A stretch of 60,889 bases of DNA from the NCBI GenBank assembly GCA_002269645.1, contig NIVC01004094.1:1-60889 (forward strand), read 5' to 3'. This DNA is from Macrostomum lignano (lineage: Eukaryota). The position numbers and the translations under genes are program-made. Every line of letters begins with the position of its first letter. The first letter of the stretch is position 1. Below the pieces are notes generated by a model. That model ran no database searches. It had not been told where the DNA came from and was given only the letters and a program-made list of their open reading frames with translations. Below are positions 51,539 to 60,889 of the stretch, piece after piece.

Positions 51539-51944
51539 CCATTGCCTTGTCTCAAAGACACTTGAGACTGTTCTGCTGTTCCTAGAGCCTTTTTAACAAT
51601 ATCTTGAATAGCCTTATTTGATTGAGAAGCTATCTGTTGCTCTTCTTCCATTCTTTCTTTGCTTCTTTATCTCTACGTTTCTTTTTAATATATTCCAGTT
51701 CCTCACCTGCTTTAGACATGTCACTGTATGATTTCTTCGCATCGAATATGTTCTTCGCTGTGGTAGCTGTTTTACCTATTGCATCAGCTCCACTCACAAT
51801 TTTACTTCCATGATTTGATAAAAAGTTTGTGACACCACTGATCATATCACCAATTCCTTCACCCTCTTTATCAGCTAGTAGTTGTGAATCAGACGTTTCA
51901 ATCTGACCTTTCGCCCGTTTGCAGTTTGTTCGATAGGCGCTCAT
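51539..51944 (-). CDS. Small structural protein with GEG|IGDMISGVTNFL amphipathic helix; frameshift near 51645
   Basis: TAAAAATG start; amphipathic helix after GEG; the shifted frame ends ...RQGNG*. Confidence 0.65.
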
Positions 51945-54129
51945 TTTTAGTTGAAAAATTTGCTGGTAGAAGCTGGGATTTGTAAAATGATCCAATGATT
52001 TCTTCTCCATTCTCATCCTCAATAATGTAGGTTATGGGATTGGAGTAAACTATTTTCTTTATCCTAAACACTTCTGAAATTTTCCAATATCCTCTTCGAC
52101 CCTTTTCAAAGTGCTCCTTATATCTATAGATATGAACTTTGTCACCTACTTTGAAGTTTGGTTTCTCATTTGAATACTCGAAAGTTGGCTTTGGTACTCG
52201 CTCAGGATGTTTAGATGCTTCTGAAGGAGTTATCAGAATCTCAGAATGGATTGTGTTGTTGTATTTTTCAACAATAGCTGGCAATGTGTGGAGCCACTTC
52301 TGATTACCCTGTAGATCAAATTCAAACCAGAGTTTATTTGTGAGAGTACGATTGAACCTCTCAATCATTGCATTCTTGGACTCGCCATAAATTGAAAACA
52401 TCTTTTATATATTCACCCTTTCATCCTTCTTTCTAATGTTGTCTTTTGAAAACGAATATAGCTTGTACATATGCTGATTATAAAACTCCTTGCCTTCATC
52501 TACACAAAGTCTCTCTGATCGTCTTCCTGATTCCTTAAATACTTTTTGGAAAGCTTCTGCAACTTCCGCTCCCGTCTTTGTTTTCAAAGGAACTGCCCAG
52601 GCGTAACGTGTAAAACCATCTATGATAGTAGAGCATATTTGTAACCTCTTTCGGGGTAGGATAATGATATCTGCATGCCAAATTGTGTCTTTTGCATAGT
52701 GAATCATTTTTCTAAATACTCTTGGCTTTCGATATTCTTTATGCAATTTTACTGCATCTTCATAGCTAAGACCCTTACCATAAATTGTTAGACAGTCAAT
52801 ACAATTGTTGGGGTTGTGAGTATGAATGCCTAATCCAAACCGAACTTTAGCCTTGATAATACGCTTTACTAGATTTCGAATGAGTCTCTCTTTCACAGAC
52901 AAGTCACTGGTTGGAATAGCATCTAAATCAGCTATCATTTTTTCATCAGCTATATGCTTCTTTGCTAGAGCTTCCTCTGGATTTGAAGAAGTGTTTTCAG
53001 CATCTCTATAGTTTTTGTCATGATAGTAAGCAGTCCAATCGATTGGGTTAATTGGTAGACTGTCATACCGAGGCCGGTCTGTAATTGGATTGAGTCTCTT
53101 GTCTAAATTTGTACCCGGCAGTTGTTCCTCAATCTTTCGAAAGAGGCTGGACTTTATCTTAAGGCTTCATCAGGATTGACCAGATCCTTCAGCCCCACCC
53201 CCATTAAGTCTCTGAACCTTCTCCATATCCTTGTCAACTTCGTTCGGACTTAGGAGCTTGGCTGCGGATTTCCACCATGTCCTCAAGCTTGTTACCATCG
53301 AACCATAGGTTCGCGGACGAAGTCCGATTGGGAACAGGAATTACCTGTGTTCCTTCAGAAGATTTCTCAACTGAAGTGGTACTTGAGGCTGTTATTGACG
53401 TACTAGAATCGGACGGAGTTCCCGCAATTTGAAGGTGTCGCCAATCACTAAGCACTTGTTTAATGTTGGTTATAATGTTTTTGTATTGATCACCATAAAG
53501 AAATTTCAATGCAAATTCTCCTGTTATAAGGGTGATTCCATTGTCTAGTAAAATATTCTTAGGTTCCTTTGTAGTTTATTGATGCATACATAATACAACT
53601 GATAGGTGGGATAAGAATTTTTATAGTCTAATAGTTTCTGATAATTCCTTTCACGACTTGATGAATTGTCCGTGTTATCAGAAGATTTAAGCTCTAATGC
53701 AATCTTTCGCTCAACGTGAACCAGGTCAATCTTTTTTACCTTCTCGAATCCAAAATAATTTTCTGCTAATATTTCATATAGTCTGCCTAGTCTCATTTGA
53801 ATAACTTTAATCTTGTGTGAAATTATTAACTCTTCTTGGAAAAGATCATGAAGAATTTGATCATGCCCAACCTTATCATCAATTGGTTTCAGAAGAATTT
53901 CTCGAATTGTTTGCTCCATTTTTACTATAGAAACTTTAACAAGTGCTTATTTGATGACTAGCAAGGACATTGACTTCCTCACTCAGGCCACTACGTAACC
54001 TGCAAAAGAATACCCTGGAATATGAAGTTCTCCTGGGTATTTTCCAGTGGCGAAGATGGGTGGTAGTTTTGTTATAGCTGACTGAATATCTAAAGCATTT
54101 CCTAGAAATAATGGTTTACTGAAGGCCAT
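51898..54129 (-). CDS. int: Parvovirus-type PLA2 domain fused to a retroviral-like DDE integrase; exon 1 54129-53998, exon 2 from 53118; in-frame stop at 52405-52407
   Basis: The spliced junction gives ELHIPGYSFAG|PGTNLDKRL...PINPIDWTAYYHDKNY (PLA2 HD dyad); then WHAD, YAWAVPLKTK, CVDEGKEFYN, IERFNRTL, FKVGDKV, GSFY; exon 2 is in frame with the ORF at 52938. Confidence 0.9.
53119..53997 (-). ncRNA. Group I self-splicing intron (IC1-like), 879 nt
   Basis: Follows exon U and ends in G; P AAATTGCGGGAA (53419-53430), Q AATCCGCAGC (53261-53270), R TCAGAGACTT (53206-53215), S AAGATAAAGTCC (53149-53160); P1 with U.G, plus P2, P2.1, P3, P4, P5a/b/c with A-rich bulge, P6, P7, P8, P9 and P9.0 identified by eye. 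Confidence 0.95.
53234..53919 (-). CDS. Intron-encoded PD-(D/E)xK nuclease, restriction-enzyme-like; putative homing endonuclease (one-base frameshift near 53575)
   Basis: LGRLYE...KIDLV...IALELKS..NTDNSSS...YQKL; restoring one A joins TKEPKNILLDNGITLITGEFALKFLYGDQY; has its own TAAAAATG start. Confidence 0.75.
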
Positions 54130-54642
54130 TTTATATATATAAAATTTACTATCGTTGAATTGGATGACACTTTCATATTGTATATACCTGAAATTGCATT
54201 AAATTGACCCGTGAATCCAACTTTTCTCATGGTTTTAGAGCTGGAATCGTGAAAATTGCACTTTTTAAAAAAATTAGAAAATCACAAAAAATCGCTGTTT
54301 TCAGACCATTTTCACCTGTTTTTAGTCATTTTTCACTTATTTTTAGTGATTTTCAAAATGAGTGAGGGCATGAGGGCGAGGGCACCCCCCCTTTTTAAAA
54401 GTATAAAAATTCCGGAAAATCTGTGTTCGGTGAAATATTCCACAGGCCAATGCCCCCCACATGCCCTCACCCTCAACACCCTCACTCACAGATATATGTA
54501 TATTTACATATCACACACCACTTGAATCCATGACCTCCTGGTAGTAGTAGTATGTTATAAGGGGCTGAGTCATCCAGCGAGCTGGCGCGCAATGCGCCCG
54601 AGCAATTAAGTGTGGCGCAGCCCCTTATAACATACTACTACT
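54078..54642 (-). repeat. Right terminal inverted repeat
   Basis: Reverse complement of the left TIR; contains the first 17 codons of the PLA2-integrase gene. Confidence 0.97.
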
Positions 54643-55858
54643 TATAAAAAATGTAGGTAGTTTTTTTCTAAGAGTGAGATATATACAAAAAATTGCACAA
54701 AAATTATACACAACTTTCTATTCCAAAATTGCTATGCAAATATTCTATCTTAGTATATAATAATATAGCATATAGGGCATATAGATAACACTTAATAACA
54801 GGTCTATAATCCACTTAACAAAATACTGTTTTAACAAAACACAGTATTTTGTTAAACTAATATGATTAATAAATAAAAGCAAAAGAATCAATAACTAAAC
54901 AAATTAAAAAAAGGATACTAACATATATATTTATGGCAGTGCTTATTATTACCTTTGTCATAATGCCAATGGTTACATGTTATCGATATAGTATTAAGCC
55001 AACAATGCCCTGCTTATTTGACTTATGCACAACTGCTAGCCAACCCTGCCCATCTAGCCACTGTAAATTGTGAAGAATATAAATATAATACTAATTAGCT
55101 AAATTTTATATGTTATGAAACATTTTGCCTTAATAAGATAATCATAGTTATTCCTGCTATTTATCCAAAATTTGCTTTAGCTTTAGGGTTGCTTTAGGGT
55201 TTTTTTTCATAAGTTGCATTTTTTTTAAAAAGTAAGTTGCATGGCTAGTATAAATCAGGGGGGTTACATATGTTTGATTTGAATAATAGCTAAATTATAA
55301 ATATATCATAGGCCTATTCTTAGCATATGCCATACTAATAAACAATATTATCCATGTGGTACCATGTCAAAAATGCTTTGCTTATTTACATAGCAGCTAA
55401 ATTATAATATTTGGTATTAACTTGGAAAATTACATTATATTAAAATAGGCTAAACTAAAAAGGTAATAGTCCAATTCAGTAACAGCCACTTTGGTAACAA
55501 ATGATGTCCAATTCAGTAATAGCCATTTTGGTAAAAGCCATTTAGGTTAAAATTAGTGGAAATACAATATATATTGATTGATATACTCAAAAAAGATTTT
55601 GCAAACAAACTTTAAAGAAAGAACAACAAAAAAAGTAATTAAGATACATTCTCACAAACTTTGAGATTTGGATTGATAATGAAAACTAGGCCTAAGCATA
55701 TTTTAGTCTACATGTATTTTTTTTTTATTTCCAGTTGTGGCAGATGCATATATATAAGCTAAGATATCCTGTTGACCAAATATTGTGTATATTAGAATCT
55801 CTGAGTTAGCAACTTCATTTACCAAATCTACTTTTTTCTTCATTTATAATTAGAAATA

Positions 55859-56558
55859 CTTATCCCCACAGTCCCATGTCAATAATTCCAATTTTATCCA
55901 CACAAATCCGTGTCAATAATTTCCAGCTTATCTCTATGGCAGCTCATTGGGATAGAGAACCTTAAAATGAATCTGTATAAAAATCTGTTCATTTGTTTGT
56001 TTTCACTTTTCTACAAATCTTCCAAATAAACTAGCCTACTGAATACTGAATAGTATTGAGTACTTTGTTAAAACTTTTTTGTCATTAAAAGGGTTAATTT
56101 TAAATATTTGCTTAGCTGCCAGCTTTGCTTAGAATGACTAAACAACCTTAAGATTGAGGCAAATGAGACTTGCAAAATTCAAATTTCAAAATGTAATACT
56201 TGTAATAATGATAATTATAATTTAATGTCAGTACACAAAACTAAACAACTGCACAATCTTAGCTGTGGGGAAAAGCTGAAAATTCTTGACACATCTGTGT
56301 GGATAAAATTAGAATTATTGACATGGCCTATAGACTTGAATAGTGGCAGCTATTTCAATAAGCTGCAGTGAGAATAAGCTGTAGAAGTTAAATATCAACA
56401 TGGATCCACGTGGATAAAATTGGAATTATTGATATAGCCTATAGACTTGAATGGTGGCAGCTGTTTCAATAAGCTGCCATGCAGGGGATAAGCTAAAAAT
56501 TATCGACATGGATCTGTGGATAAAATTGGTATTTTTGGCATAGGACCGTGGGGATAAG
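55859..56558. mobile_element. MITE-like element with ~85-bp imperfect inverted ends
   Basis: cttatccccacagtcccatgtcaataattccaattttatcc... is the approximate reverse complement of ...ggataaaattggtatttttggcataggaccgtggggataag; internal tandem copies of the same motif. Confidence 0.5.
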
Positions 56559-58512
56559 CACTTCCTTTATAATTACTTACTTCAAATTTCAATTTTCAAC
56601 AATTGCTTAATGTTCTTTGCTGCCTTTAATTTTTTTTACAAAGTTAATGCACAAATTTAACCAAATTAGAATATGCTCAAAGAGAAGTAAATCTAAACAT
56701 TCATAGGCCTATAGCTTATTACAAATATGTCTAAGAATTATTAATCATATAATATTATAACTTATATCATTGAAAATATCTAACTAGACTAGAAGGGTAA
56801 AGATAAGCCCTCTGCTTATTAATCAAAATAGGTCCTTATGAAACCCAATAAAAATAAAAATACAAAGTGTAAATAATATAACATTATATGTGTAATGAAA
56901 TATGCATTTATATTTGTATTGCTAGTATTTTTTAAGAATTTATACTAATGTAACATATTCTAGGAATGTAATATACCAACTATTTACTTACTGTAATTTT
57001 TATTATATTATTTGTTTTGAATAGTGTTTTGTATGCAAATATAAGGTAAAACCAGTTTAAACCAGTTAGGCATGCATTGTACAATTGGTCTCTCAGGTGG
57101 CTACAAATAGGCCTAACCTTTAGACACTTCATCATAGACATAGACGTCACACTACTTGCCATAGACATAGACTTATATTAGAATATTACATTATTTAAGT
57201 TCACTAAGAGTGTAGTTAATATTGCAACTATTATTACTATAATTACAATTAGCCTAATCCCAATACTAATTTTATCCAATATATAATAGTTATAGTGAGT
57301 TAGTGAGCCAGTGTATGCCACCTAATGCTAATCTAACTAGATCATTAATATTATAATATTTACAGTCAACCTATATTAACCTACACAAATATTAAACCTG
57401 ATTGCCCTGGCAGCGTCTTTGTTTCAATTTCTTTTACTCAACTCCAGTATAGAGAATTTGAATAGCAACCACAAGAAGTTAATATATTACATAAATATTG
57501 TTATTTAGCTTTAGCTATTATGCAAATAAGCAGGGCACTATTGGCATGACATCATGTGGATAATATTATCAGGATTAGCATGGGATGTAGGAATAAACAC
57601 TGATATTATTCTTGCATTTGCAAGGAGCCAAGATGTTAGGCTTAGTTAAACTTAGTATCTTTCATATTTGGTAATATTATTCAGCTTAAACATAATGTAT
57701 AAATATTTCTACTTGAATTTGAACCTTGCAGTGTGTGAGTATGTAGATTAGAGTACATTTTCAATTTATTTCCTATCTTTCTTAGCTAGCACTAACCTAA
57801 CACTTAATTTTTCAGCATACCAAAATATACTATTACCAAAGTGGCTATTACCTAAGTGGACTTTTACTGGGACATCCAAATCTTTTGATGAACCTGGAAA
57901 AAATTGCAAACGACTATGCAATATTTAGACATGAATACTGAGCCAGAGCCACCCCCTCTTCTGCCTCACCCACACTGTCTGCCTCATTATTTTGTGGGCC
58001 ACACGTTTTTGCTAGGACAGTTTTTTTACTTTTTATTGTTTTAGCCGTAGCTTAAAATTACACAGAGTTCTGTTGAAAAAAATCTGATAGGAACAAAATG
58101 GTTGCATTTATTTTGTGTTTAATAATTAGTAAGTAACAAAAAATGAAGCCTAAGGCCAAAGGAAACATAATTTTAAAATTTTGACTTGAATTCTTTCTTC
58201 TTGGAAAAATATTATTTTGCAATTTTTTGAATTAGCAGGAATTTCATTAACGATGCATAACGAATTACTTTTAAAGGCTCTTTCCTATTGGTACTCTATA
58301 TTAGTGCAACATTTGTGGTTCGTATTATTCGATTTATTTAAAGTAATGAAAGATGGCAGTGTAAACAAGTATTAAGGCGCTACCGAAGACTTTTCTAAAA
58401 TTATCTAGTTGGTTGAATACAACTGAAAAAGTTTTCGACGCGAAAGTAAGTGCTTGTGAACAAAAGTATGCACTACTACCAATATGATCATAGTGTTAGT
58501 GGTAATTGTAAT

Positions 58513-60889
58513 ACAACAACAACAACAAATACGCTGTCAAGATGGCAAAAGTCAGCGTCACAGGGCGCGCTTCATGGCTTGGGCGCGAACAAAGGCCGCG
58601 CCACCGGCAGTGTCCGGGGCGCCGGCGTCAGCCAGCAGACAGTCGACATAACGCCGAGTTCGCGCTTGAACTCGCGGTAGGGTGCCTGCAGCGTGAGCAG
58701 CAGCACCTCCTGCACCGGCTGTGGGCAGTACGACTCGGCGCGGATGAGATGGCCTGCGAGCTGGAGTCGCCGACGGCGCAGTAGATCACTTGGACGTGGC
58801 AGGCCAGCGCGGCGATAGAGTGCCGCGTTGGTGACTCGCTCGACGCCGATGTTGAAGGCGGCGCGCAGCAGGCCAGCGTGCGCCGCATCGACTTGCTGTT
58901 TGAGTGAGTCCGTCAGCGTCCAGGTCTCGGCGTTGTACAGCAGGACGGTCTCGATTACCGCCTGGAACAGCGCCGCCCTCTGGCGGTCCGGTAGGGCCTC
59001 GAACTGCAGGACTCCCTCACAGAACGAAAGGCAGCCCAGGCAAGCCCGCGGCGGCGTCGCAGGTCCTCGCGAGCGTCTGGAACCAGACCGCCGAGGTAGA
59101 CGAACTGCTGACATCGCGGGAGTTCGGTCGCCTGCCCGTCAGCGCCTCGGCAGAATATTGCAGCCTCGGCACGCAGAGCACAACGGTCTTCTGTGTGTTG
59201 ACCACCAGGCCGACACTCGCCGCAACGGCAGCTAGCCTGTCCAGCTCGTTGGGCGCCCTCGACGGTCGAGGACAGCAGGGCGAGGTCGTCGGCGTAGCCA
59301 AGCACGCTGAGCCTCTTCTCCGGTTGACGTCGACCTACGCGTCGCCGCAGCAGAAAACCGTCGTCGTCGGTAGGAAGAGCAGTCCGCAGCACCCAGTCAA
59401 GCACCAGGACGACAGGAACGGCGCCAGCGTATCTCCCTGAAGTACTCCGGAGGATGTCTCAAAGGAGTCCGATAGGCCGTCCGGTGTTGTCACAGCAGCT
59501 GTCGTATCACGGTACATCGCCATGATGGCGGAGATCAGCTGCTCGGCACGTTGTACGCGCGGAGCACCATTGGAAGCACGGCTCTGACAACCGAGTCGAA
59601 TGCCTTCTTGAAATCAATAAAGATTAGAATCAGGATCGACTGGCGAATCCGCGCCTCCTCGATGACTCGGCGAAGAGCCAGGATCTGCGCCACTGTGCCG
59701 CGATGGGGCCGCGAACCCGTTCTGCTCTGGGCGCAGGTACGGATCCAGCACGGCTGCAACCGCGAAAGCAGCATCCGGTTGAACAGCTTCGCTGCACAGG
59801 ACTGAAGGCAGATGTGCCCGTGGTGCCCGGCCTAGTGGTGCCCGGCTTCTTTGGAACAGCAACGATGTGCGCCGTGGTCCATTCGTTGGGCGCCGCCTCA
59901 CCGAAGAGCACGCGGTTCATCACTCTGGCGACCTCAGCGGCCACACAGAGGATGCGCAGCGCCTCGATGGGCACCTCGTCCGGACCCAGCGCTTTCCCGC
60001 CCGGGTGACTGCTGGGCGAGCTTGACAACGTCGGCTGCGTTGACTGGGCCTACGCTGAAACTCTCCTCTGCCGGCAACGGCGTCTCCGGCGGCAGCGTCA
60101 GACTGTCTGGCAGCGGGGTGCGCGGCCGTTGACGATGGCGGCGAAAGAACTCGCGCAGCTCGTTCCTGCGCTTCATCCGGAGTGTCACCAGCCAGGTTCA
60201 GCGGATTGCGCCGCTTTCGCCCCGTCAGAGCGTTGATGGCGGACCAGGCCACGGCGCCCTCTGGCATCGGGCCCAGCGGCAGAGACAGCCTGAATGGCGT
60301 CATCGACAGCCGCTTGTTGGCGCTGCAGGTAGACAGCCGCCAGAGCTGCCTCTGCCTCGCGGGTTGGTCACCTGCTCAAGCGGAGCCTCTCCAGATCTTC
60401 CCTCGCTGCCTGAATCGCAGGGTCGTCCTGCCAGACCGGCTGCCCACGTTGAGCGGTTGCATCATCGGGACTGCTTGCTCCGAGGCGGTTCTGACTGCAG
60501 CGCACACTTCCGCATACTCGGCACTTCCACGCTTGTCGCCCAGCGCGGTGTTAAAGGCGCTAGCAAAGCAACGCTGCGTATCGGTGGCTCTGAGCGCGGT
60601 AGTAGGCGCGGTGGCCGCTTCGGCGGACGGGTAGAGCGGATCGCGAAGGTTGAGGTCGCAGATGAGGAGCCGGTGATCGGACCGCAGAGCCAGCGGCTTG
60701 ATGGTGCGGCAGTTGACGGCGCGACGACGCTCACGGAAACGCACGAGCACGTGGTCGAGCTGTGCTTTTCTCCGGGTTGCGTTCCTGCCACGCGCGTTCC
60801 GTCGCCTCCGCTTGCAGCCCACGAAGGTTGCGAGACCGCTCAGTGGCTTGCGGAAGCGGGTGTGTGCCAACACCATGTCCTGCCTCTCC
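58513..60889 (-). mobile_element. RTE-like non-LTR retrotransposon (APE end + RT), frameshifted, cut by the window end
   Basis: QLDHVL...RSDHRLL (endonuclease); FIDFKKAFDSV, GVLQGDTLAP, LGYADDLALL, FVYLG (RT); VIETVLLYNAETWTLT; (TTG)n 3' tail at 58513-58528. Confidence 0.9.

Larger units (their letters stand above)
36378..54642. mobile_element. Full-length Polinton/Maverick (adintovirus-like endogenous virus), 18,265 bp
   Basis: Termini AGTAGTAGT...ACTACTACT; TATAAA at 36372-36377 and 54643-54648 (6-bp TSD); ~565-bp TIRs; pPolB, integrase, ATPase, protease, and major and minor capsid genes. Confidence 0.98.

Noticed and set aside
53119-53998. Spliceosomal (GT-AG) interpretation of the PLA2 interruption
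   Set aside because: A GT exists at GCAG|GTTACG, but the 3' end is CAACTG, not AG. The nearest AG gives an out-of-frame product, whereas the U|...G| group I junction restores the motif exactly.

Overview
Eukaryotic (animal) genomic DNA with GC-rich exons, AT-rich intergenic DNA and a different minisatellite in most introns. The style resembles a free-living flatworm such as Macrostomum, which is an inference only. Host genes: a WSC-domain secreted protein, casein kinase I gamma, an internally deleted GDA1/CD39 NTPDase, an FRRS1-like reeler-DOMON-cytochrome b561 gene, ING4/5, DPM3 and a claudin-like protein. There are also non-LTR retroelement pieces and a CORE-like SINE. The main feature is a complete 18.3-kb Polinton/Maverick (adintovirus-like endogenous virus) at 36378-54642, with AG...CT ends, ~565-bp TIRs and a TATAAA 6-bp TSD. 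It carries pPolB, primase-helicase, protease, penton, major capsid, packaging ATPase, a fiber-like protein and a PLA2-integrase gene. The most striking observation is an 879-nt group I (IC1-type) self-splicing intron at 53119-53997 on the minus strand. It interrupts the parvovirus-type PLA2 calcium-loop motif (YSFAG|PGT) of the PLA2-integrase gene, has recognisable P1-P9 pairings, and carries a PD-(D/E)xK restriction-enzyme-like ORF in the P2.1 loop, a candidate new homing endonuclease. Single-base deletions occur even in a conserved host kinase exon, so many frameshifts in this window may be assembly errors rather than real decay.
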